Assembly: GCA_009103225.1 (NCBI GenBank)
Contig: RHPI01002533.1
Span: 1,920,616-1,984,615, forward strand
Length of the DNA stretch: 64,000 nt
Direction: 5' to 3'
Source: Chlorokybus atmophyticus
Taxonomy: Eukaryota > Plantae > Mesostigma and Chlorokybus algae
Both the position numbers and the translations under genes were made by a program. Each line of letters begins with the position of its first letter. The first letter of the stretch is position 1. Below the pieces are notes generated by a model. That model saw only the letters and a list, made by a program, of their open reading frames with translations. It was not told the origin of the DNA and made no database searches. This document shows, piece after piece, positions 36,551 through 47,452 of this stretch.

Positions 36551-37678
36551 GTAGCTGTAACAGCAACCTCGAGGTTGTTCACTTCACGACTACCAGCTTT
36601 GCAGGTTGGAACACGCATGGACACTGCTTGTACAATAGCAAAAGTTGCAAGTATTGCTCTCGTTAACATCTGCTGCTGTTGTGTTTGCAGGAGCCTCTGC
36701 TACCTCACCATGCCTGTGCAGAATCTATCGTTCTCGCAGCGTAGGGCCAACCTCATGTGTAAGTGTATATTTTAATTCAAGCTGAACACAGAGGCATCTT
36801 CTAGATTTAGCCCTCTGTTATCTCATTCCCGATTCGGGTCTGAGCTCATGCTGAATGCAGAGGCATCCTCGTGAATAAGCCCTCTGCTTGCTCATTCTGT
36901 CTTTGTATGCAGAGCGTAGGGGCATCACCCTGTGATTAAGCCCCCTTCTTGCTCACTTTCTTGCCCCCTTCTTGCCTGTGCCACCTGCTTTCGCTGCTAA
37001 CCAGCAGGAAGTGGAGGTGTTCTTCCAGGTGACATGACAGGAGCTTGACATGACAGGATAGAGGAAAGACAATCTCGTAGTCTTTGTACAGGATAGAGTG
37101 TGTTAGCTCTAGCTGCCTGTCTGCGTGTGTTGAAGGATTGCAGCAAAATGCAATCACCCACATCTGCCTGTCCTTGTATGCTTAGGATCATCCCGACTGC
37201 ACGCGGGTTCACTGCGAACGCACCGCCTTGGGAGCCTTGCTGGCTGCTGTTTGTATGCAGTCACGGCGCACAGGTAAGTGTGACAGCACTTGTAGAGTGG
37301 AGGTGGTAACAGAAGTCCGCAGTAAGTCATGAGGTATGCATCGCTCTCGTGCATATACTAACTGTGATTGCATTTCACCTTCTCAACCACCTCCAGCCTC
37401 TGCATGGAACTTGTTGGTCGCGATCTGCTCCAGGCCTTTTGGATGGACGGCGGTTGTACCTGCCGCTGGGGTTGGGTTGCTGTTTGTAATATGGCAACTC
37501 AGGCTGGCAGTCCTTCTCCCCCCACCCACCCGAGAGAACACCTCTTGCTGCTGTTGACATGCCGCCCTCGTACTGGCACGCCCTCGTACTGGCCCCGGCA
37601 ACCGCTGAAACCGGGCATGTGTCCAAAGATTGCACGCAACCAAAGGCATGCGCACAGCAACCTAGAAGTTCTCCTTCT

Positions 37679-37885
37679 CCGCCCACCCACCCGACACAAA
37701 ACCTCCTGCGGGTTTACTGCGAACGCAGGATGTGGTCCTGCAGAGCCGTCTCGCGCAAGTCACGTACTGTAGACTTTGTGCACATGCTCAGAGCCTCTGG
37801 TTCATGACTTTCGCGAGTCAGCTTTGGTTGGACCATACCCTGCGTTCGCAGTGAACCCGCAGGAGGTCTAGTCTCGGGTGGGCGG
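37679..37885. repeat. ~205-bp imperfect inverted repeat (long hairpin or MITE-like)
   Basis: The arms are ~80 bp. Core ACCTCCTGCGGGTTTACTGCGAACGCAGG (37701-37729) pairs 28/29 with 37839-37867. A third core copy is at ~37202-37221. Confidence 0.85.
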
Positions 37886-38073
37886 ACGGCGCAACAGGGC
37901 ATGAAGGTGCTCTGGAAGAGACCTTGCCCAGGAGGTTAGTCTTTCCCGTGCTGGCAAACAGAGGCATCCTCGTGATTAAGACCTCTTGCTGACTTTATTG
38001 GGTCGCTCATTCTGTTGTTGGGTTTGAGTTCAGTCTAACAAAGTGGCCAGCAATCAAGAGCTACCTCTACCTT

Positions 38074-39349
38074 TCAGTAAAAAGGAGGGTAATCAACAGT
38101 GAAGCCTATTGCTTCCAGCAACAGCCTGCCTACATGTTCAGAGTAAGTTGGTGGAATGGCATTCTTGACTTCCGATTCCGCATCCATCCACTCCACCTGC
38201 ATGGCAGACTGCCACCCTGCAATCGTGCCACGGCAGGATGCTTGGCCGTACACTGGGTAAATTTGCCCTCCCCCCGGTAGCAATTGCCGGCGCTGCTCCG
38301 GGTGGGTGGCGTCTTCCGTTTGAGTCTATTGGTGTGCGTGTGATCAGAAGGGGTGGGGGCTTGGGCCATCGATCGAGCTCTCGACCAGGCAAGTCTTGCA
38401 GTTTCAGACAGCTTTGACCACCAACACGAACCATTACGTCGTAACCCTCACGCACAGCTGCCATGTTCCAGTTCTTTATCAAGATGTGGTGCAGCCGTGG
38501 GTCCTCAACGAAATCGTCGTACTTGATGGCATGTTTTCCTGAGCCACATGTTTGCCTGAGTCGGTGCTTGCATGAGCGTGCGCATGTAGATACTCTGCAG
38601 TATACCTGTGTTGGCATCAAAAGTGATGATGTGGCCTGCATACAAGGAGCTCATTCCTGGCCAGTACACCACAACGCGGCATGCTACCAAAGACTGCCCC
38701 TCATCAACAATCTCCTTCCGCCAAGCAGCCAGTGTCGCGACATCGTCGACAACCGCGTTCCCCTTTGGCATTCAAGAGTAAGTTGGTCATGCATGCAAGC
38801 GCTGTTTTGCTGTTTGCAAGGACAGTTCAACTCGACAACCGCCAAGCAGCCAGTGTCGCGACATCGTCGACAACCGCGTTCCCCTTTGGCATTCAAGAGT
38901 AAGTTGGTCATGCATGCAAGCGCTGTTTTGCTGTTTGCAAGGACAGTTCAACTCACCCTGTTGTTGACATCGTCTTCGATTACAGTGGACTTGCCGCGAC
39001 CGTTGCGCACGAGCTGACGTCGAACCACATTGCACATCTGCCCATCGCGATATGCTCCAGGCCGTGCCCAAGGCAGGTGATTCATGGGCTCGCCGTCCCA
39101 CTCAAACTTCGAAAGCGAGCACTGCAGGCAAGTGCACTCCTCCCAAAAGAAATCTGGCCTCATGCATTGTGCCAGCAGTCTGCATTGCCTCACATTGTCC
39201 CCCCTTGCCTTGTGGTGCCAGCAGGCTTCATAGAAGCCATACTGCTCACTGTACAGCTTGCACTTCTCTTCATGCTGTTGCAGACGTCTGTTGTTGCCAT
39301 TCCTAACCAAGTATGCTTTGCAGAAGCTACACACTTTGACGCCGCGCAT
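38074..39349 (-). CDS. Cys-rich/C2HC finger, Tudor domain and C-terminal half of a phage/actinobacterial-type C5 DNA methyltransferase; one frameshift
   Basis: CSFC...QHEEKC; spliced Tudor VVVYWPGMSSLYAGHIITFDANTG|KHAIKYDD; after a one-base shift in a G6 run (38270-75), IYPVYGQASCRGTIAGWQSAMQVEWMDAESEVKNAIPPTYSEHVGRLLLEAIG, which resembles the AMGIDWM..ELxEAIPPAYTEHIG end (motifs IX-X) of that family. Confidence 0.65.
38718..38954. repeat. 121-bp-period tandem duplication spanning an intron/exon junction of the Tudor gene
   Basis: CCGCCAAGCAGCCAGTGTCGCG...GGACAGTTCAACTC at 38718 and 38839. Confidence 0.92.
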
Positions 39350-39639
39350 GCTGGCGCCACGCTACCTGGCACACAAACCCTAGAAGCTAATGCACTGGAC
39401 GGAAGAAGAAAAGGAGCATGTACGCAAATTGTGGAGCATATCCGGATTGACTTTTTGGCTTGTTTTGAATCGGGATTGGATGTGTCTTAAACCCTTAATT
39501 TACGGTAGGCAGGCATGACGGTGGCGACGGCGGCGGTGTCAGCGGCGGCAGCGTGCCTGCAGGTCTTTGCTTTGGCTGTATGGAAGTTGATTGGAAGTTG
39601 CTTGCAGTATGTTGGCTGACTGCTTTTGATGTTTGTAGC

Positions 39640-42600
39640 ATGAGCTACTTTCGCAGGTGTTTTTGCCGCGACTGCAAAGGGAGCAAAGTGTTCACACACA
39701 ACCACATTAGAAGGGCTGAATATCATGAAAACTTTGGCAAAAACATGTGGTGTGGCACTCCAGAAGCTGTTGCTCCTGAATACCGTAATCGACTACAACC
39801 CCATGAACTTGAAGCTGATGCTGCTGTTGCTGCTGCATCCTTACACATGTCGTCAGGTACAAGAGCAACTTCTCTACAGCTGTGAATCTATACAACATGC
39901 TGTCTGATCATTGATCTGGCTTGCCCCAGGTGAAGCTCTCCATGACACCGAACAATTGCTAGTTGGGAACGACGCTACTGAACATGTTGACACAGGCACG
40001 CCGTTGCAACCGAGTGTTGAATCTCCTTTCAATGTTGCAGCCAACTTGCAACCAGCAGGTACGACCTGACTTGCGTGGCATGTTGACATTGCTGATGCTG
40101 TGCCTCTCATTGTTCATGTGCCACTAGACTCATTGCAGCTGGCAGGTTGTAATCCGTGTGCTCATAAAGGACAATGTGCTTATGGAGAACAATGCGGATC
40201 TCACCCAGCATTTTATGGAATTGAGAATGCTACATTGCAAGAGCATCAAGGTGCCAGAACCAAATCCACAAATGGACAAGTAGAGCCTGAGACGCCAGTG
40301 CACTGCACCTCCACTGCTGAGCAAGTCGATGCGGAGCAAGGTGATGCGGAGCAAGGTGATGTTGCCGGCGAAGACCAAGACTATGAAACCGATGTGGAAT
40401 CGCAGCCAGACGAGGCTAAATGCGTTGATGATGCCATGCTACTTGACAAAGTGAATGCTGCGTTGCTGGATAATGCAAGCAACCCTGTTGTTTTCGGCTC
40501 TCGTACAACCCCTCTAGGCATTTTCATGCTGCTATTGGTTCTGGCGCAGCTACATCGAATACCCTTCAATTTCATGAATAAACTGCTCAGGTTGGTGGGC
40601 AAATTACACTGCTGTCTGCTGAAACATTAGCCTGTTCAGAACTGATGTGTTTCTGTGTGCCAGGTTGTTGCGTGGCATCCTCTTGCCTAAGGAGAATAAG
40701 ATGCCAGGCAGCATGCACGAGCTATTGAAATGCCTTTAAGGCCTCAACATGGGCTTCCACACATATGATGCCTGTCGCTGTAATCACATGTTGTATTGTG
40801 GCCGACATGCCAACAGGATACTTTGCAAAGGTGAGCAATTGTTGCAAATGTTCACTACAATGGGATTTGATTAGCATGTCCCATCAGCATACGACTTGCT
40901 TATGCAGTCTGCAAGGCCCCTCGCTACCGCAACATAGGAGGTAGACAAGTTGCATGGAAGATTGGGCGTTACTTTGACGTGCCTGCTGCGTTGAGGGCTC
41001 TGTACCTAAAACCTAGTGTTGCTGCGGAGATGATGGCGCACACAAATCGAAGTCAGGATGGGATTATGCGATCTATACACGGTAACATTGCCAAGTTCAG
41101 TGGTAAATGAGGCACGACTGTGTGCATGATTGTGTTGGTGAGCGGCTGGGGCAGTCCAATGCAAGCCCTCAGTGTCCGTGCCTTGTGCTTTTGTGTGCGT
41201 GGCGCTGAGGCGGCATGTAAGACCTCGGTGTCCTTGCCTGTGTTTGTTTGTGTGTCGGCGTGGCGCTGAGGCGGCATGTAAGACCTCGGTGTCCTTGCCT
41301 GTGTTTGTTTGTGTGTCGGCGAGGTGCTGGGGTGGTATGTAAGACCTCAGTATCCAGCCTTGCGATTGTATGCATGTTTGAATGTGTTGTGGGGCTGGGG
41401 CAGTTGGTCGTAAGCCCTTGGTGTACTTGCTGCTGTCAGACTCGCCAATGTTCAAGGACACTGAACAACGCTACAGCCGGTTTGCCAAAGAACCACGCAA
41501 TGTGCGCCTAGCGATGTTCATCGACGGGATGAGCCCGTTCAAAGATCCGCACAAAGGTATAAAAGAGCATTTTTCTTCCTGTATGCTCGTTGCAGTGTAA
41601 CTGTACGAATGGCAGCAAAGGGTTTGTTGAGTTGCAGGGAACTATGAGTTTTGGGTTGTCACAATCTCAGTGTTGAACCTGCCCATTGCCAAGATGCACA
41701 AGACAGACACTACATTTCTAGCTGCTGTAATCCCTGGACCCAAACAGCCAGAGAATCTACAGGCTTATCTCAAGCCAATTATTGACCAGTTGGGAGATCT
41801 CTGGGAAGGTATGGTTTCAACGCAGCTAGGATAAGCAGCTTCCATTACTGCAGTCATGCTTGACAAATGCGCATAACTGAGGCATGTAATCTGCTGGCAT
41901 TTGTTGTAGGTATAGACATATATGACAGCCACCGCGACGCAGTTTTCCGTTGCAGATCTATTCTGAAGATTGTAATCCATGATTACCCAGGTACGCAAGC
42001 AGCAGCAGTGTTTGCACTTACTGTTATCAGTGTCTGACTGTATCTGTATATTGGACTGTCCTTGCAACCATGGTTGTGGCTACTGAAGTACATCATGTTG
42101 GTTGCGCAGCTCTGGCAAAAGCTGCCTTGCAAATGGCGCATGGAGCCATCTTTGGCTGTTCAAAGTGCGAGTGCAGCGGAGAACATGTGGAAATTCTCAA
42201 AAAGGTGATATATCAAGGCCACCGCCGGTACCTACCGGATGACCATCCTTACAGAGTTGATGAGCGTTGGCCGCAACCAAAACACAGACCTCCACCACCC
42301 ATGCGGACTGCAGAGAGCGTGTACAGGTGAGCAATCTCAGTTGATTGCGCATTTGGTTGCAGAACATAGGTATGTCAGCAATGGATGCCATGTGATCAGG
42401 TATGCTATGACATCTCGCAACAGCAAGCGTCCACTGCACTTTAAGAGACATCCTTCAAAGACCTCCGGCATCCTTGGACTGAGCTGTTTTCACGACCTTC
42501 CATATTGGCTACCGTTACAAAAATCTGTCAAAGGTCATGTGGTTGGCCCTATGCACATTTTTGCCAACCTGGCAACCAACTTTGCAAATCTCCTAGCTGG

Positions 42601-44525
42601 CTTGCGCGACAGCATCGAATCACGAGAAGATCTGCAGCAGCAAGGCCGCATGCCTGAACTCTGGCTAGAGGTACGTATGTAGTCGGCCTCGTTGACATGT
42701 GCCATAGTTGGATTTAACCAAGGACTTGAACCTATGTGCTGCAGACAGAGATGAAGATGAAGGATGGAAAGGAAGTCGCAGTCAAGGTAAAACCCCAGGC
42801 TCCATGGACAATCACAGATGTAGGACTGGTTGAGCAATTGCTCTCCAGCGTGAGGGTTTCAAGCACTTTCGGCTCGAAACTGCAGTCTTTCACAAAGCAT
42901 TTAGGTGAGATAGCCGTTATATGTTTTGTGTTTACGCTAAAGCAATGATTCTCCATGCATGGAACTTTTGACATGGAGCATGCAGGCTCGATGAAATCGC
43001 ACGACAAGCACAACTTATGGTCGGTCGTTTTTCAGTACGTGCTGCGCTCTGCACACGACATTGGAGAAGATCAGAAGAGAACCATCTTCAAACTATGCGA
43101 CATCTATCAACGGCTGACTGCATTGGAAGTAAAGCAGTCACACCTCGAAGAATTGAAGGTTGGCTTTAATAACACTTTACTCTGCATGCCCAGCTCCTAT
43201 GGCATGCGTAGCTTATTACTTAGTGCAGGTGCTGGTGCATGAGGCACAGTCTGAAGTGGAGCTGTTCTTCCCGCGAACTTCTCTCACAATGATGCTGCAC
43301 CTCCTTGGCCATCTACCAGAGCAGTGCATGTGGCTTGGTCCGACGCGTGACCACTGGGAGTGGGCACATGAACGCTTTATGCAGTGGGTGAAGCGCATGA
43401 TATTTGCAAGGCAGCATGTGGAAGCAAGCATCTGCAAAAGGCAAGTTTTGTGTGAGCCCACTGAGAGTTACGTGCAAACTTTCCACATTGTTTGCCTTGT
43501 TCAAGTGCCAGTTGCATCTGCAGATACTCTATCCAGCTCATGCTGAACACTTACATGGACACATTGAAGCGACTTTTCTCCGACATCAGTTTGCGATCGA
43601 GCAAGCAACGAGATGATGACGACTATGTGCTCTGCGGACGGAGACACCGTATTGAGGTTGGGGATAAAGATAGTAAGACAAGGCAGGAGCTCGAGTGGTG
43701 GTTGGCTGAGAATGACGATGAATACAGGCTGTTAAAAGAGTAAGTTGCTTTGGGAGTTGCTGTTTTGTACGTGATGTCCAACGCGCAGACAGTATGATTT
43801 ATTTATGGGTTGCTGCTACACAGAGAGTTCAGTCGGGAGGTGAACAAACGCAGGATGGCAAGGGAAAGGGCTCAAAAACAAGGACATGTCGTGGCAAAGG
43901 ACATGGAGCATATGACTGAGCTGCATCACTGGCGTGGACCTGCTAGGGAGCTTACAAAGCACGAGATGGAGCTGTTGAGCGGTCCAATCTTTCCAAAGTA
44001 CATCAAGCGATACTTCAGAGCACGCTACAAGGACATCGGTCAGTTCAGAGCAGAGGAAATGGAGAAGAAACTCCGCACCATGGACTGTGGCGTGTTTATC
44101 GTTGGGCGTGACTCAGATGACCCAACCAAGAAGATCCATTGGTATGGCAGGGTGCAATCTTTTGATGTTGTGGTGATAGCTGGTCGGGAGCACCAGCTGC
44201 TCAGAGCTAGGTGGTACATGAGCAACCAAGTCCAGCACAGTGGAGGATTTGCAATCCTAAGAAAAGACAAGCCCCGCTTTGCAGAACAAACCTACCTTGA
44301 TTGCAACCTAGTAAGTGGCTGTGTTGCAATCGGTTTGGCGTGTGCTTGGTGTGATGATAGTAAATTGAAATAGTAGTATGAAAATGGCTGATGAATATCC
44401 CTTCTTGCTGGCAGGTCAAGGGCCAGTGGTTTAAGGGAATTGATCCCAATGACAACAAAGTAACAGTAGCGCTTGTTAAAGACAGGCGCAGTCTCATGCG
44501 TCGAGGCATGCACCGGGACACTCCG
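39640..44525 (+). CDS. CACTA TnpD-type DDE transposase (Transposase_21, DUF4218, DUF4216 regions), many exons, one in-frame stop
   Basis: CFCRDC; RNVRLAMFIDGMSPF; LNLP...AVIPGPKQP; IHDYPG; HRRYLPDDHPYR; MKSHDKH; MLHLLGHLPEQ...GP...WAHERFM; WYGRVQSF...RARWY. In-frame TAA at 40737-40739. Confidence 0.95.
41130..41420. repeat. Intronic ~61-bp tandem array with core GTAAGACCTC
   Basis: Units GGCATGTAAGACCTCGGTGTCCTTGCCTGTGTTTGTTTGTGTGTCGGCG inside a transposase intron. Confidence 0.88.
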
Positions 44526-44623
44526 GTAAGAGGAGAGTTAACAACGTTGTCCATTAGAATCTGGATGTCCTCATATATCCTGGGTTTTGGCATCACATAC
44601 AACCATCTTGTGTACTTGGTGCA

Positions 44624-46655
44624 GGGTGCCCAAAGCGAAACCAATAGCGCCTCGAGCGAGGTGTCATGGACCACACGCCGCGACTGGCATTTTGAGTACA
44701 AGAGGTACTGTTTGCGACTGTGATGCCTCGTATCCCTACTGTGAGACTGTAGACCTGGCCACTGAACCTTTGTTCACAGGATGAGACCGAGACTGGAGCT
44801 GGATGCGTTGGAACATCGGGAACATGAAGACTACTGCTTTGTCTGCAAGGATGGGGGCACCATATCTGGCTGCGATGTGGAAGGTTGCTGGAAAAGCTAC
44901 CACGCGCACTGTGTCTCTATGCCACCTGTGGAGGATGAATATTGGGAGTGCCCAAGGCATGAGTAAGTGGACTTCATTGCAGCAAATGCTTGGCATCTTG
45001 TTGTGAGGAACTTCACTCCTAGAACCATCATCACTTGTACTGAACCAAAACACAGGTGCCATGTGAAGAACTGCAACGAAGCAGCTTTTCAAGTCTGCGC
45101 GACGTGTCCAAACAGCCTCTGTCGACGGCACGCTGTGGGTAGCATGGTTGAGGTTACGTGCTCGCGATGCGCTGCGTACGAAGAAGGTGGTGCTCCAGCG
45201 CAGCTCCCAAGGGAGAGCCTTGCTCGTCGTTCTCTGCCGGGCAGTTGCGGTAGGGTTTCACAACCTGTGCAGAGTGGGGTTCAACACGTTGAAGAGAGTG
45301 GGGATGAGGCTAACAATGGTAAGCTGCTGTGTGCTTGAGCTTGTTGATTTGCGTTGTGGTTCTTGCCCAATTGAACCATTTATGGCTGCAGAGGCAGTCA
45401 CGATGGAAGTTGACGATGAAGACGAAGAGGGCTGTAATCAGCAACCCACGACGGCTGCGGCAGTTGTGGACCTCGTGGGCAGCGATGATGATATCATGGT
45501 GCTGGACGATCCAGTCAGCAACCCGCAGCCGTCAACACCGCAGCCACTGTTCATTTACCCTAGTGCAAGTGCACGTGATGCGGTGCCAGTGCTTGAAACG
45601 GACAGGAGGTTGCTGGATGGCAGACAAGAGCTCAATGACACCATCCTCCACTTCTTTTGCAGGTATGTGATTTGCTGCGTCTGTGTTATTCGTGTATCTC
45701 ATATGTACGTGGGATGCACATGCAGATACAAGGAAGAGGAAATCTTAGGCAGAGCAGATGGCATTCAGGTGAAGCTGTTCCACCCGCATTTCTACACCAA
45801 GATCGTGCGCTGCCATAGACAAAATGACTGGCACACGAGCAATCACAGGATAGACAGGTGGGAGAGTGATCCGTTTGCCAAGGACTTGCTGGGAGTGATT
45901 GTCAACCCAGACACGCGGTGAGAATAAGCGCCAAGAATATCTTGCTGAATTGCTGCTGTATTTGCAAACTGGAATTATTTTGATTGTTCACAGGACTCAC
46001 TGGAGTCTGCTGCTTGTGTGCAATCCTGGAGGCCAACTTGGAAGTGACACGCCGCCTTTACTCGTCCATCTCGACTCCCTTGGCCTGCATCGCAACGTTG
46101 ATGGACCTATGCGCGCTTACCTTGACTACATGTGGGGCAGAAAGCATGGAAGTGACTCACAACGACGCTTCTCTCCCGAAAACGTACAGCTTCTTGTACC
46201 ACAGGTAGCACACGTTGCATTGCACTAGTGATGAGTTTGCATGCATTCTGTCACAAGCACTGATTGGATGCATGCACATGCATTTGGTTTGCAAGCATTG
46301 ACACATGTTTGTGCAGGTCCCTCAGCAGAAGGATGGAGTTGCGTGCGGGTTGTTTGTCATGCTTTATCTTGACAAGTTTATAGATGGGGTACAAGCTGGT
46401 CCAATTGACCCAAACGCACGGATATTTCAACAGGTACAGTTCATGCATGTGCACTGCAATGTTTACAAGTGGAAGGTGCTTCAATGGCACTGTCGTGTAG
46501 GCCGACACGTGCTTAGTAACCACATGTTATTGCTGTGTGGTTGTGTGCAGATGCAAAGGAGTTGGTTTCATCCTCAAGTGGCAGACAGGTTGAGAAGACG
46601 ATTGCGAACACTCATGGACAGTATGTTAGCACAGCAAAGACATGAGTTGAGCTAG
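44624..46655 (+). CDS. PHD finger, Cys/His-rich finger and Ulp1 (Peptidase_C48) SUMO protease; phase-compatible continuation of the transposase
   Basis: EDYCFVCKDGGTISGCDVEGCWKSYHAHCVSMPPVEDEYWECPRH; CHVKNC...CATCPNSLCRRH; ELNDTILHFF; THWSLLLVCN...LDSLG; VPQQKDGVACGLFV (His/Asp/Cys triad and oxyanion Gln); stop at 46655. Confidence 0.92.
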
Positions 46656-46849
46656 TAGTAGCAGGTGGTGTGTAGCATAGCAATGCTGTAGTCCATATCA
46701 GAGTTGTCCCCCACCATCAACTCAAAACAGCTGTGTAGAATTGCTGAGCAACTCTGGCTTTGACATATACTAGATTGTATATTAGAATTAGCAGTGCAAT
46801 CTACTTGGTTTTCAATCACATTCGGGACTTGGCAAAAATGAGAGTATAT

Positions 46850-47425
46850 GTCTATTCGTGTGGGGTTGAATATTCACTAACAGCTAGGAGTTAGTGCAAA
46901 ACGTACTGCTTGGTTTTGGAATGGTGTTGAAAATTCACTCAAAGCTAGGACTTAGTGTGAATCGTATTGCGTAGTTTCAGATTGGTGTTGAATGTTCACT
47001 CACATCTGTGGCATGAAACTGATGAAGGTTATGAATATACATGTGTGACAAGCTGATCAATTGATTATTCACGGGCAGTTGGGACTTGGTGAGTTTAAGC
47101 TGTCTGTTATAGCCACAAGCTTATGCCCCTTCATGAATGTTCAGGCAATGTATAGCTGAATATTTAGCAGAGCACATGCTGTGTCCATTCACAATTGCAT
47201 GCCTTGAACATTCAATCGATTTCAACTGAATATACGAGGTATATGGGTTTTGAAAGGTGGCATCGATTTATCGTGTGGATATTCACGTGATGTATAGGTG
47301 AATGTCGCGATCTCGTTTTGGCAGGGATTGCACAAATTGTACGAAAACACTTGAATATTCACTCGATAAAAAGCTGAAACGGTAAATCCAACGAATATTC
47401 AGTGCGTTTGCCATGAATATTCAAA
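46850..47425. repeat. Right subterminal array of TGAATATTCA-like palindromic motifs
   Basis: More than 12 copies (TTGAATATTCACT, ATGAATGTTCAGG, ACGAATATTCAGT, ATGAATATTCAAA). Confidence 0.85.
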
Positions 47426-47452
47426 AATTCGGGGGTCTCATAATTACCGGTG

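Larger units (their letters stand above)
23922..47452. mobile_element. 23,531-bp CACTA/EnSpm (CMC superfamily) DNA transposon with multi-gene cargo
   Basis: Left end CACCGGTAATTCTGGACCCCCCGAATTTCTGAAAATTCA; right end reverse complement CACCGGTAATTATGAGACCCCCGAATTTTTGAATATTCA; 3-bp TSD ACG (23919-21 and 47453-55). Excision rejoins Gypsy FQPGDFV|YLLRKTK in frame. It encodes a TnpD-type transposase. Confidence 0.97.

Noticed and set aside
37190-37280. RVHCERTAL as a deaminase HxE motif
   Set aside because: No PCxxC motif downstream, and the DNA is a copy of the hairpin core repeat.
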